Source of the DNA: Phyllobates terribilis
Lineage: Eukaryota
Reading direction: 5' to 3'
Assembly (NCBI RefSeq): GCF_046119375.1
Contig: NW_027362767.1
Span: 257,796,001 to 257,860,000, forward strand
Length of the DNA stretch: 64,000 nt
Shown here: piece after piece, positions 22,701-34,322 of the stretch
How the letters are laid out: every line of letters starts with the position of its first letter
How positions within the stretch are numbered: the first letter of the stretch is position 1
The notes under the pieces: generated by a model
The model's input: only the letters and a program-made list of their open reading frames with translations
The model's database searches: none
Told to the model about the DNA's origin: nothing
Translations under genes and position numbers: made by a program

Positions 22701-23736
22701 CCCCAAGGGGAACTAATATAAACCATTAAAAAATATATTAAAAATACATTTAACTACCCTTTGACCACCTAATACCCCAAAAGTAAATAGAAAAATGTTA
22801 AAATGAACATATTTGGTATCCCTGCATGTGTAATTGTCTGAAGTAATATATAAAAAGATTTATCCAATATGGTCAATGCAAAAAGGGACTAAAAAAAAAA
22901 TCAAAATGGCAGAATTGCTGTTGATAATATTATTAATATTATTATTATTTAGCATTCCCACCTACCTCCCAAAAAAGGAATGAAAAAAAATCATCAGAAA
23001 GTCATACGGACCCCATAAAAACAAGCCCTCATACGACTTTCTCCTATTGATGGGAAAATTACATTTTAAAAAAAATCAGGGCTCTCGAAGGAAGTGGAGG
23101 AAAAAGTGAAAACGTAAAAAAAAAATTAAAAATGGCTGCTGTGGGAATGGTTTTGGGTAGAGGGCACTGGTAGATGCTGCAGGTATTGCCGTGCCAGTAG
23201 GCTGACATCTGCATTATGATCTCCTGCCGTGGTTCCCAGGATGGTCGTCCTTCTGTTTGACTAAACCCTCAGTGTTTCCTTTTGCTTTGCAGATCATGGA
23301 GATCTACAGTCTGGGCTCTTACGCCAGGAATGATCTGGATCCACTCCTGCAGGAATTTATGGATGAACTGAATGAGATCCCCTTACCAGCTCATTGGGAA
23401 GTTCTTGCTCCCACCGGCCCCACCCTACATCTAATCCAGAGGTCCGGGGCGTCCACCATGGCAGAGACAATCATCCACATACTACCAGGACTTCACTTTA
23501 ATATTGCAGTGAGGAATTACCCCGTCCCCTCCTCCCACGAACTCTTCAGCAAGCATCCCAACCGGCTCACCACCGTGGACGAGGTTGTGGAGCTCATCTG
23601 CGACCTGGAGGCCTACCGTCCTTGCGGAGGTCTACCGAAAAGTGGGCCGCCTTCTCCAAACTGTTTGGTGTTGGTGTATGAGGAACGGTGCCCCGAATGT
23701 TGCACAATGCCCTGGCCATCAGGCATTTATCACTGA
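7154..23736 (+). CDS. MBD1: Methyl-CpG-binding domain protein 1-like, 656 aa; coding exons 7154-7263, 7626-7737, 8967-9109, 10762-10847, 11253-11284, 11376-11519, 12228-12362, 12518-12571, 12661-12795, 14710-14754, 15025-15186, 15724-15825, 21949-22035, 22135-22233, 22326-22406, 23293-23736
   Basis: All exons have AG/GT boundaries with consistent phase and sum to 1971 nt (657 codons). MBD: [32 protein letters not shown]|[27 protein letters not shown] with [19 protein letters not shown]|IMEIYSLG resembles the human MBD1 TRD motif TPVITEIFSLG. Confidence 0.9.
7926..8420. mobile_element. T2/Kolobok-type palindromic MITE
   Basis: TTAA|AGGGGTT...AACCCCT|TTAA with ~200 bp inverted arms. Confidence 0.88.
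9190..10684 (+). mobile_element. 5'-truncated L2-clade LINE in an MBD1 intron
   Basis: ORF 9471-10523 with [24 protein letters not shown] and LHWLP motifs; 3' (TAA)n tail. Confidence 0.9.
11376..11519 (+). CDS. MBD1: CXXC finger 1 exon
   Basis: [22 protein letters not shown]...[10 protein letters not shown]; phase 0-0 exon. Confidence 0.9.
11634..12113. repeat. Imperfect palindromic MITE-like element
   Basis: TATACT..TTCCAAT..CTGCTTGCT is mirrored by GCAAGCAG..ATTGGAAATAGTATA; internal CACAGCTGAG/CTGATACA hairpins. Confidence 0.45.
12228..12362 (+). CDS. MBD1: CXXC finger 2 exon (135 nt)
   Basis: [22 protein letters not shown]...[11 protein letters not shown]; CAG acceptor and GTGAGG donor. 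Confidence 0.9.
12661..12795 (+). CDS. MBD1: Additional CXXC finger 3 exon (135 nt), absent from the ORF track
   Basis: [22 protein letters not shown]...[11 protein letters not shown]; CAACAG acceptor, GTGAGG donor, no stops. Confidence 0.87.
12967..13948. mobile_element. PIF/Harbinger-like non-autonomous element with central hairpin
   Basis: TIR GGCTATGTGCCCAC / GTGGGCACATAGCC followed by TTA; ~300 bp internal palindrome; an inverted relative lies at 62804-63746. Confidence 0.8.
15025..15186 (+). CDS. MBD1: CXXC finger 4 exon (KFGG type, predicted to bind unmethylated CpG)
   Basis: [50 protein letters not shown], matching the pattern of human MBD1 CXXC3. Confidence 0.93.
19447..19865. mobile_element. 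Truncated multi-hairpin Harbinger-like MITE inside the Gypsy element
   Basis: TAA|AGCCCCCGTCTCAC end; nested hairpins; inverted full-length relative at 60297-60909. Confidence 0.8.
20380..20548. repeat. 18 bp minisatellite (CTGTTGCCTGTGCTACTG)n within gag
   Basis: About 8 identical units. Confidence 0.93.
23293..23736 (+). CDS. MBD1: Terminal coding exon: TRD motif plus a ~130 aa Cys-containing domain
   Basis: TTTGCAG acceptor, open to TGA at 23734-23736; begins IMEIYSLG. Confidence 0.85.
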   Translation: MMEIYSLGSYARNDLDPLLQEFMDELNEIPLPAHWEVLAPTGPTLHLIQRSGASTMAETIIHILPGLHFNIAVRNYPVPSSHELFSKHPNRLTTVDEVVELICDLEAYRPCGGLPKSGPPSPNCLVLVYEERCPECCTMPWPSGIYH

Positions 23737-24079
23737 ATCCGGTGGGGCAAAGGGTGGGCCAGCGCTCAGGGACAAGGGACTACTCATGAAAATTTATCTG
23801 TGGAACGGCAGGATCAGAAGGAAGGAGCCTGTATGGACAACCCTGTGTATCCGGCAGCCGCGGATTGGCACGAAGATGGTTAAACATCCTGCCTCCCGAT
23901 AAAACTTGCCATCTCCGTGTACACGTAGATCTCCAAAGAAGAGTGAGCGGGGGGCTGCACGCTCTCCGGTTCTTAGTGTGGGCTTCCCGATAGCCCAGAG
24001 GTGTAGGAGATTTTAGCTGTAGGTGTATCTAAGCATACATCGGCCTAAAGCTTCCATCCAGCTTCAGTCATAGGGACCA

Positions 24080-24085
24080 AATAAA
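24080..24085 (+). other. Candidate polyadenylation signal of MBD1
   Basis: AATAAA ~345 nt after the stop, followed by a GT/T-rich tract; a second AATAAA lies at 25527. Confidence 0.5.
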
Positions 24086-25757
24086 AGCCATGTATTTTGT
24101 TTAGAGGCATGATATTATATGTAGGATGTGGGGTCACAGGGGGGCTGTATCTAGTATTGCTGGGGCCCCCACAAATCACAGGAACAGTGGTCCTGAGCCC
24201 CTTGTTCAGTTAGTGCACTGCCCCTGCTTTCTGACGGAGGTAGCAGAACAGTCTCAGCAGTGCACTTGCTCAACCGCTGCTCCTGGACCCCCGTTAGGAC
24301 CCCCAATGATCAAGAAGTTATCACCTATCCTGACTTGCAATCTTAATACATCCGCTTTAACTTAAAGGGGTAGTAAGACTCCGCTTTCCCTTCTTCCAAT
24401 GAGGAAATTTTACAGTATCTGGGGAGCTCAGTAAGATGTCACAGAGCAGTCCCGCTGCTGTAAGCTGATCACCAGGGGTTAAAGTGACCATACAAATTGC
24501 TCGAAGGTCACCCTGACCTTCACCTGCCAACCCACTTAATGTGTATGTAATGTCAACCAACTTGTCTTCTAATTAATATAAGGGATTGGACATGTTGAAT
24601 TGGACATGCTCAATCCTTTGAGCGGTAAATAGAGGTTATAAGGCCAGTTTTACACATCCATGTTTCATGGCTTGAGTAGGGACCGTGATGTATGGACCTT
24701 ATTAACTCAAAAGCCGCATATATGCCCATGAGGGTGTAGCGTTCAGGTGAGGAGACCTTCAGCCGGTCCGTACTGAAACCATGAAATGTGGTTGTGTGAA
24801 ACCGACCGAACGCTGTCCTTCCCACTCGAAACTCATGCATGCTCGACCAAACTGACAGCCCACGCATTAGGAAAGGTGTGAAGGGTTAACTGTTGGCGAA
24901 ACGAGCATCCGGCCCAGTGGTGATCACCTAAAACCAGCAAGAAAGGGCTTGTCCCCCTTTAAGGCGCTGTCCATTTTTAGTATTTTTTGACATTGAGATG
25001 AGTCAAAAAGTTGCATTGGGGAGGACCTGGCTGCTGGGGGGACTCATTTCATTTACGAGATGGGTCTCCCCATTCATTTCAGTGATGCTTCCATCAGGAC
25101 GATTGCTGGGGGTCATTGTGAGGGAGCAAGGGGTCCCTATGGAGTCTTATAAGCTGGGCCTACAGTGTTTTTGTTATTATTTTGTGTTGTCTTGTGATGT
25201 GAGCTGTTCTCACATTTATAGGGAATAGATGATATTTTAGGGGAACGGCTCTTTGGACTCGGATTGATTTTTCTCTTTCTACACTGGACGTAACTGAGGC
25301 TGGGCCGCAGATATTATAAAGTTCTTCGTTTATCAATTTTCAGGTTTTTCGGAGAGTTGGTTTTATGTCATTACATGTAATATTTTATCCAGGACCCGTC
25401 TGACTAGTCTTCCTTTCAGCCTCTTCAGAGTCGGACTGTTTTTCGTTTTGCCGACATTAGGACCTCTCCTCACCGTAGCTCTCGTTATAAACAAAAAACA
25501 AACAAAAAAAAAGTTGCTGCTTTTTAAATAAAGGATAAATATCTTTATATTTGTTATTCTGTACAGAAATGTCTGATTTGTAAGTCGTGTTGATCTATCA
25601 GTGGTGTATAGCCGTGAACATGCGCCAGTATCTTGTTAATGTTAATGGTCCTCTCCTTGGCTAGAAAGAATTTTTTTTGTCATTGCCTAATAGCCATCTG
25701 GCACGAGCCCCCTACAATTAGGCCACACACAAAAGCCCCCGATAAAATTAAATCACT

Positions 25758-26380
25758 TCCTGTACTGATCCTGAGTTACATCCTGTATTATACTCCAGAG
25801 CTGCACTCACTATTCTGCTGGTGCAGTCACTGTGTACATACATTACATTACTTATCCTGTACTGATCCTGAGTTACCTCCTGTATTATACTCCAGAGCTG
25901 CACTCACTATTCTGCTGCTGCAGTCACTGTGTACATGCATTACATTACTTATCCTGTACTGATCCGGAGTTACCTCCTGTATTATACTCCAATTAACAAT
26001 TTTGCAGGCTTCAGAGCTGAAATCTCCTTGTTAGTATTTATACCTGGCACTATACTGATTTCTAATGTAGCAAATTTCCCTTAAGTAAGCTGTTAGGTGT
26101 CTGACTATTTCAATTGACAACCATCAGAATAGTGAGTGCAGCTCTGGAGTATAATACAGGATGTGACTCAGGATCAGTACAGGATAAGTAACGTAATGTC
26201 TCTACACAGTGACTAGACCAGCAGAATACTGAGTGCAGCTCTGGAGTAGAATACAGATTTAACTCAGAATGAGTACAGGATAAGTAATGTATGTACACAG
26301 TGACCCCACCTGCAGAATAGTGAGGTCAGCTCTGGAGTATAATTCAGTATGTAACTCAGGATCAGTACAGGATTAGTAAT
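25758..26380. repeat. 97 bp-unit tandem arrays in inverted (fold-back) arrangement
   Basis: TCCTGTACTGATCC starts at 25758, 25855 and 25952; reverse-complement units at ~26125-26380. Confidence 0.85.
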
Positions 26381-27167
26381 ATACTAAGAACTTACCATTG
26401 TATCTAGTTTGCATATAATAAAACTCTATTATGTTTTTAAAGGTGGGCATCCCCTTTAAAGAGGACCGTCTTAGCAATACACGCCTTTTAATGCCACCTA
26501 GTAGCTTGAAGTCTCAGAATAATCCAAAGAATGAAGACCATGAATACTTAATATTATATGTCAGATGAAGTTGCCCTTTATTTTGGCTACTTAGATGTGT
26601 TAGCTCAGATATGTATTTCGCATCATTCCATGCACCCCTCTTTGATGGACCTCTCTGATGTGTGGGTGCCATAGTATAATACACTGGAGCACGTCCATAG
26701 CAGAGTAAATGTCCTATTTGTTTTTAAGATGTATAATTCCACCACCTAAGAAATAAAAGTTTTGCACTGCCGATCCCAAGTACAGTATTATCTTCCTAGA
26801 CAGATATATTAACAGCTTGGGCAAGCATTATTAACGTGGACCCGTCATAAACATGTCTCCGAGGCAGCAGTTGTGCTGTCTGCTGAGGTCACTGGGACAT
26901 TTCCCTACTACCATAGACTTTTTATTCCTGTTATGCAATGGATAACATTATCTTTTTAGCTTACCAACAAAAATGTCCACCTCCTGTGAATGCATAAGTG
27001 ACGGATCCACTCTATGGCTTCAGGTTTTATGTTTGATTTGCCATAAGTAACTGTAACTTCTCCTTTCAAGGATGTTCATATTTCTCCAATAAATTTTATT
27101 TTGTTTACAATGAGCAAGTTTCCCCTCTTTATTTTTTTCTGGCCGGAATTTCTTTTCATTGTGACAA

Positions 27168-28154
27168 TCATAGTAACAGCTTGACTCCAAATATGGACCT
27201 CACGGGTGGAGTGATGATCTGGGAAAAAATCTTCTTCAGAGACTCCTTAACTTGCTTGTTCCTTAGACTGTAAATAAAAGGGTTGAGAAGAGGAGTGAGG
27301 GTGGAGTACACAACTGTCACCGACCTATCGTCTTCCACAGAATTTGATGAGGAAGGACGGAAATATGTGAAAAAGACTGTGCCAAAGAAAAGTCCTACGG
27401 AAGTTAGATGTGAAGAACATGTGGAGAAAGTCTGGTGTCTTCCGGAGGTTGACTGCATCGTTAGGATAATTTTGAGGATCCTACAATATGAGACGACTAT
27501 GAAAATAAAGGGACTCATTGTGACCAAAGAACCTTCGGTAAACACCAAAAGGTCATATTGTGACTTATCTGAGCAGGACAAGGCAAGCAATGGGGGTAGG
27601 TCACAGAAATGCTCTCGGATCTTGTTTGGCCCGCAGAAATTCATGGAAGAAACGATACAGACGTGTAGAAGTGAATGTAGCGAGGTAAATATCCAACACA
27701 ACACGATGAGACCCAAACATCTCTTACTGTTCATAATGTAAAAGTAACGAAGAGGATTGCTGATGGCAACCAGTCTGTCGTACGCCATGATGGCCAGGAC
27801 AAAGCACTCCATGCTGGCCGTGCAAAACAGAAAGAACAGCTGGCTCATACATCCTTTAAAGGTGATCGTCTTCCTCTCCCGGAGAAGGTTGGCCAACATA
27901 AGTGGAGCTGTCACGGAGCTGAAACAAATGTCGACAAAGGAGAGGTTCCCGAGGAAGAAGTACATGGGATAGTTCAGCCTCGGATCGTTGTTGGTAGCAA
28001 TAATAATTAGTGAATTGCCCAGAAGCGTCAGTAGATACGTCAAAAGAAAACCTGCAAAGAGTGTCATCTTCTGGTCTTTGTCGTGAGAAAGACCCAGAAG
28101 AAAAAATTCAGTGACTCTTGACACATTGACTTCATCCATTGATAGCGCAGTCAT
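27168..28154 (-). CDS. Olfactory receptor (class II/gamma-like), intact single-exon ORF; start may be the Met at 28139
   Basis: PMYFFLGNLSF.D, MAYDRLVAISNPLRY, HFCDLPPLLALSCSD, STCSSH and PLLNPFIYSLRN motifs; 5'UTR acceptor TTGATACAG at 28180-28181. Confidence 0.96.
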   Translation of the reverse strand: MTALSMDEVNVSRVTEFFLLGLSHDKDQKMTLFAGFLLTYLLTLLGNSLIIIATNNDPRLNYPMYFFLGNLSFVDICFSSVTAPLMLANLLRERKTITFKGCMSQLFFLFCTASMECFVLAIMAYDRLVAISNPLRYFYIMNSKRCLGLIVLCWIFTSLHSLLHVCIVSSMNFCGPNKIREHFCDLPPLLALSCSDKSQYDLLVFTEGSLVTMSPFIFIVVSYCRILKIILTMQSTSGRHQTFSTCSSHLTSVGLFFGTVFFTYFRPSSSNSVEDDRSVTVVYSTLTPLLNPFIYSLRNKQVKESLKKIFSQIITPPVRSIFGVKLLL

Positions 28155-28721
28155 CAGCGTTCTTTATAGGGCAACTTGCCTGTATCAATTTACAGACACA
28201 CAAGTATTTAATGATTGGGTACATTTTTTACTTGTATACTTTCCCACTAGTGTTATTTTTTTATTTGCCTCTTTTGGGGTTATGCTGGTCAAATGTGAGC
28301 TATCAAGAACTAGTTTGATTGTAGATCTGACTACAATTCTAGTTTTATGGTTCAGTTCGAGGACATAGTAGCATTCGGTGATACACACATGACTATGTGA
28401 TGGCCAGTTCTATTTGACATGATATTTGGAGGATCTTCTCATTAGCTACCTATTTTCAGTGATTTCCAAGTACATCCAATGTGTATAGGTGGGCTTACAC
28501 CTAGGGGAACACCTATCGAGTTTCTCTCTTTGGAAGGTAAGGATCGAGCAGTTGTATTTCAATAGCCTGATCCCCTTTTGGGTGGGAAAATAAGCTGCTG
28601 CCAGAGGTATCTGCCCTCGGCTTACTATCCTGAGAATACATGAACCCTTGTCTAATTAAACCTTGCGTGGTAGTGTGGACAGTGTATGGCCAACCTAACG
28701 GCAAGAATAACGTAACATGTA

Positions 28722-31700
28722 CAGTGGGGAAAAAAAGTATTTAGTCGGCCACCAATTGTGCAAGTTCTCCCACTTAAAAAGATGAGAGAGGCCTGTAATT
28801 GACATCATAGGTCGACCTCAACTATGAGAGACAAAATGAGAAAACAAATCCTGAAAATCACATTGTCTGATTTGGAAAGAATTTTTTTCAAATTTTGGTG
28901 GAAAATCAGTATTTGGTCAATTACAAACGAGCAAGATTTCTGGCTCTCACAGACCTGTAACTTCTCCTTTAAGAGGCTCCTCTGTCCTCCGCTCATTACC
29001 TGTAGTACGTGCACCTGTTTGAACTTGTTATCAGTATAAAAGACACCTGTCCGCAACCTCAAACAGTCACACTCCAAACTCCACTATGGTGAAGACCAAA
29101 GAGCTATCGAAGGACAACAGAAACAAAATTGTAGCCCTGCACCAGGCTGGGAAGACTGAATCTGCAATAGGCAAGCAGCTTGGTGCGAAGAAATCAACTG
29201 TGGGAGCAATAATTAGAAAATGGGACTCCACACAAGATCTCACCCCATGGGGTCAAAATGATCTCAAGAACGGTGAGCAAAAATCCCAGTACCACACGGG
29301 GGGACCTAGTGAATGACCTGCAGAGAGCTGGGACCAACGTTACACAGGCTACCATCAGTAACACACTACGCCGCCAGAGACTCAGACCCTGCAGTGCCAG
29401 ACGTGTCCCCCTGCTTAAGCTATTACATGCCCGCGCCTGTCTAAAGTTTGCTTGAGAGCATTTGGATGATCCATTATTATTATTATTATTATTAATTTAT
29501 ATAGTGCCATTGATTCCATGGTGCTGTACATAAGAAGGGGTTACATACCAAATACAGATATCACTTACAGTAAACAAACTAACAATGATAGAACAGTACG
29601 GAGGGAAGAGGACCCTGCCCTTGCGGGCTTACATTCTACAGGAATGGGGAAGGAGACAGTAGGTTGGGGGGGGTTGCAGTAGCTCCGGTGTTGTTGAGGT
29701 GGCAGCAAGCAAGGTCATGGCAGGCTGTAAGCTTGTTTGAAGAGATGGGTTTTCAGGTTTCGTCTGAAGGACCCAGGTGTGGTGGATAATCGGACATGTT
29801 GAGGCACAGAATTCCATAGGACGGGGGATATTCGGGAGAAATCTTGGAGGCGATTGAGTGAGGAACGAATAAGTGTGGAGCAAAGAAGGAGGTCTTGGGA
29901 GGACCAGAGGTTACGTGAGGGAATATATCGGGAGATTAGTTCAGAGATGTATGGAGGAGAGAGGTTATGAATGGCTTTGTAGGTCAGTGTTAGTAGTTTG
30001 AACTGGATACGCTGGGGGAATGGGAGCCAGTGAAGGGATTTGCAAAGGGGGGTAGCAGAGGAGTAGCGAGGCGAGAGATGAACTAGTCGTGCAGCAGAGT
30101 TGAGGATGGACTGGAGGGGTGCGAGAGTGTTAGCAGGTAGGCCACAGAGGAGGATGTTGCAATAATCGAGGCGGGAGATGATGAGGGCATGCACAAGCAG
30201 TTTAGTAGATTGAGGGTTGAGGAAAGGACAGATTCTGGAAATATTTTTGAGCTGGAGGCGACAGGAGGCGGCGAGAGCTTGGATGTGTGGTTTGAAGGAC
30301 AGGGAAGAGTCAAGGGTTACTCCGAGGCAGCGGATTGTCGGTACAGCGGAAAGAGTGATGTCATTTATTGTGATAGAAAGATCAGGTGGGAAAGATATGC
30401 AAGATGGGGGAAAGATAATGAGTTCAGTTTTGTCCACATTGAGCTTGAGGTAGCGGGAGGAGAAGAAGGAGGATATGGCTGCTAGATATGCTGGGATTCT
30501 GGACAGCAGAGAGGTGACATCTGGGCCAGAGAGGTAGATCTGGGTGTCATCAGCGTACAGGTACTGGAAGCCATGAGATTTTATGAGCTATCCCAGGCAA
30601 AGGGTATAGATTGAGAAGAGTAGGGATCCTAGGACAGAGCCTTGAGGGACTCCAACAGAGAGGGGGCTGGGTGAGGAGGTAGTGTGGGAGTGGTAGACGC
30701 TAAATGTGTGGTTAGAAAGGTATGAGGAGATCCAGGATAGGGCAAGGTCTTTGACGCCAAAGGCAGAGAGGATCTGTAGGAGGAGGCAGTGGTCAACTGT
30801 ATCGAAAGCAGAGGACAGGTCAAGAAGAAGGAGTACAGAGAATTGTCTGTTAGCTTTGGCTGTAAGTAAGTCATTGGTGATTTTGGTTTCGGTGGAATGG
30901 GGGGGGCGGAATCCGGATTGTCGGTTGTTGAAGAGAGAGTTAGATGAAAAGTGGGAGGAAAGTTCAGCGTGAACGTGTTGCTCAAGGAGTTTGGAGGCAA
31001 ATGGGAGCAGCGATATGGGGCGATAGCTGGACAAGGCAGTTGAGTCGAGGGATGGCTTTTTGAGGATGGGTGTGATTGTGGCATGTTTGAAGGCAGCGGG
31101 GAAAGTACCAGAAGATAGTGATAGGTTGAAGAGATGGGTTAGGGATGGGATGAGTAAGAGTAAGATGGGATGGGATCCATAAGAGTATTGGGAGACTGTC
31201 ATATGGTCAGATGAAACCAAAGTAGAACTGTTTGGTAGAAACACAACTCGTTGTGTTTGGAGGACAAAGAATGCTGAGTTGCATCCAAAGAATGCCATAC
31301 CTACTGTGAAGCATGGGGGTGGCAACATCATGCTTTGGGGCTGTTTCTCTGCCAAGAGAAAAGGATGACTGATCTGTGTACATGAAAGAATGAATGGGGC
31401 CACGTATTGTGAAATTTTGAGTGCAAACCTCCTTCCATCAGCAAGGGCATTCAACATGAAACGTGGCTGGGTCTTTCAGCATGACAATGATCCCAAGCAC
31501 ACCACCAGGGCAACGAAGGAGTGGCTTCCTAAAAAGCATTTCAAGGTCCTGGAGTGGCCTAGCCAGTCTCCAGATCTAAACCCTATAGAAAACCTTTGGA
31601 GGGAGTTGAAAGTCCGTGTTGCACAGCGACAGCCCCAAAACATCACTGCTCTAGAGGAGTCTGCAGAGAGGAATGGGCCAACATACCAGCAACAGTGTGT

Positions 31701-31991
31701 GCCAACCTTGTGAAGACTTACAGAAAACGTTTGACCTCTGTCATTGCCAACAAATGATATATAACAAAGTATTGAGATGAACTTTTGTAATTGACCAAAT
31801 ACTCATTTTCCACCAAAATTTGAAAAAAAAATTCTTTCCAAATCAGACAATGTGATTTTCAGGATTTGTTTTCTCATTTAGTCTCTCATAGTTGAGGTCG
31901 ACCTATGATGTCAGTTACAGGCCTCTCTCATCTTTTTAAGTGGGAGAACTTGCACAATTGGTGGCTGACTAAATATTTTTTTCCCCCACTG
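28722..31991 (+). mobile_element. Tc1-like DD34E transposon (degenerate), split by an L2 insertion
   Basis: TA|CAGTGGGGAAAA...CCCCCACTG|TA with ~200 bp TIRs; [10 protein letters not shown]-terminus; [16 protein letters not shown] with 34-residue spacing. Confidence 0.92.
29473..31173 (-). mobile_element. 5'-truncated L2 LINE nested in the Tc1 element
   Basis: (ATT)n tail at 29473; RT ORF pieces; GATCC direct repeat at 29468-29472 and 31174-31178. Confidence 0.9.
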
Positions 31992-32024
31992 TAGCTATAT
32001 TCTTGTAATCATAGTGACAGAAAC

Positions 32025-32381
32025 AAGGGCTGTGGAGTCGGTAAGCCAAACCACTGACTGACTCCTCAATTTCCCTGACTTCCGACTCCACAACTCCGAC
32101 TCCACAGCCCGGCCTCACTACTGAGTGTGTACATAAAGTGCAGCACAGATTCATCTCAACTAAAAGCCGAGATCCTTAGATCAGGAATAGAACCGACATT
32201 TATAGGACATTTCATAACTTTCCCAAATTCTTATGAAAACATTTACAGCTCATACTGCATTGAACTACTGTACCCAATGTATTACGGTATATATTTTAGG
32301 AGTTGGAGTCGGTCCATTTTATACTGACTCCAACTCCACCAAAATGGACACAGACTTCACGACTCCAACTCCACAGCCCTG
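32025..32381. mobile_element. hAT-like MITE with GGAGTCGG/CCGACTCC subterminal repeats
   Basis: Ends AAGGGCTGTGGAGTC / GACTCCACAGCCCTG-like; 8 bp TSD ACAGAAAC / AAAGAAAC (7/8 match). Confidence 0.75.
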
Positions 32382-32896
32382 AAAGAAACCTTCATGGATT
32401 TGCAAAGAACCCAAGTACAATACAGTGGAGGGGGGAGAAGTTCGTGGGGGCTATTTGTAAATTGTGTTCAAATTGGTTGTCTGTCCTTGAAAGAAGACCA
32501 GTGTAAGGCCCACCATACACCTGTTTTATCGGATAGCACTCGGCCCAGTGTTATTCTATGGGGCAGTGCAGATCAGCGATTATTTCCTCATGCAGATTCG
32601 GCATGAGAAAACAATCTCAACATGCTGCTATTGGCAGCGAGACTTGGCTCACATGCACCCATGGGTGCGTGTGAATGTCATCCCAGTGCAGTCCGATATA
32701 CGCCAAGACAGGCAATGGAGGAGATGGAGAAATTACTTTTCAGTCTCCTCCGGTGCTGTGCTGAGATTCTGTCAAGCGAGATGATCAGAGCGCAGACACT
32801 CGGCTCACACTCGCGCAGAGCTGGGGCTGTGTCATTAGCATATCGCATCCAATGTGCTCACATCAGATGCCATACGCCGGTGTGATTCCAACATAA

Positions 32897-33110
32897 GGCC
32901 ACGGCCTCACTATCAGTATTTGGTCAGTACTCAGTCAGTATTTTTTCTCAGGAGTGGGAGCCAAAACCAGGAGTGGGTGATAAATGCAGAATTGGTGACT
33001 TATTTCTATTATACCTTTTCTCTGATTGTTCCACACCTGGTTTTGGCTCCCACTCCTGAGAAAAAATACTGACTGAAAACTGACCAAATACTGATAGTGG
33101 GGCCGTGGCA
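32897..33110. mobile_element. Harbinger-like palindromic MITE (relatives at ~60913-61165 and 62750-63880)
   Basis: TAA|GGCCACGGCC...GGCCGTGGC; CAGTATTTGGTCAGT arms. Confidence 0.75.
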
Positions 33111-33204
33111 TAGATAGCGGTCGGCCGTCTCTCCCATATACAGGAGCACTCATTTGGCCATCTCTCCCATACATGCAAGCGTTTGTCCGGCCATCTTTCT
33201 CATA

Positions 33205-34322
33205 CATGATTGCTCATTCAGCTGGCTGTCTCTCCCACACACCGGAGCGCTCATTCGGCTGGCTTTCCCACACGCAGGAGCGTTCCTTCGGCTGTCTCTC
33301 CCGCACACATGACCACTTCTTCAGCTGGCTCTCCCACACACCGGAGCGCTCATTCGGCTGGCTTTCCCACACGCAGGAGCGTTCCTTCGGCTGTCTCTCC
33401 CGCACACATGACCACTTCTTCAGCTAGCTCTCCCACACACCGGAGCACTCATTCGGCTGGCTCTCCCACACACCGGAGCACTCATTCAGCTGGCTCTCCC
33501 ACACACAGGAGCACTTCTGCTGGCTCTTCCGCACACCGGAGCGGAGCGCTCATTCAGCTGGATCTCCCACACACTGGAGCACTTCTCCGGCTGGCTCTCC
33601 CACACACAGGAGCACTTCTTCTGCTGGCTCTCCCACACACAGGAGCACTTCTTCTGCTGGCTCTCCCACACACAGGAGCACTTCTTCAGCTGGCTCTCCC
33701 ACACACAGGAGCACTTCTTCAGCTGGCTCTCCCACACACCGGAGCACTCATTCAGCTGGCTCTCCCACACACCGGAGCACTCATTCAGCTAGCTCTCCCA
33801 CACACCGGAGCACTCATTCAGCTAGCTCTCCCACACACCGGAGCACTCATTCGGCTGGCTCTCCCACACACCGGAGCACTCATTCGGCTGGCTCTCCCAC
33901 ACACAGGAGCACTTCTCCGGCTGGCTCTCCCACACACCGGAGCACTCATTCGGCTGGCTCTCCCACACACCGGAGTGCTCATTCAGCTGGCTCTTCCACA
34001 CACCGGAGCGGAGCGCTCATTCAGCTGGATCTCCCACACACTGGAGCACTTCTCCGGCTGGCTCTCCCACACACAGGAGCACTTCTTCTGCTGGCTCTCC
34101 CACACACAGGAGCACTTCTTCTGCTGGCTCTCCCACACACAGGAGCACTTCTTCTGCTGGCTCTCCCACACACATGAGCACTTCTTCTGCTGGCTCTCCC
34201 ACACACAGGAGCACTTCTTCTGCTGGCTCTCCCACACACAGGAGCACTTCTTCTGCTGGCTCTCCCACACACATGAGCACTTCTTCTGCTGGCTCTCCCA
34301 CACACAGGAGCACTCGTTTGGC
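33205..34322. repeat. 33 bp minisatellite (CTCATTCAGCTGGCTCTCCCACACACCGGAGCA) with higher-order blocks
   Basis: About 33 units; variant block GCGGAGCGCTC..GGATCTCCC recurs at ~33540 and ~34010. Confidence 0.95.
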
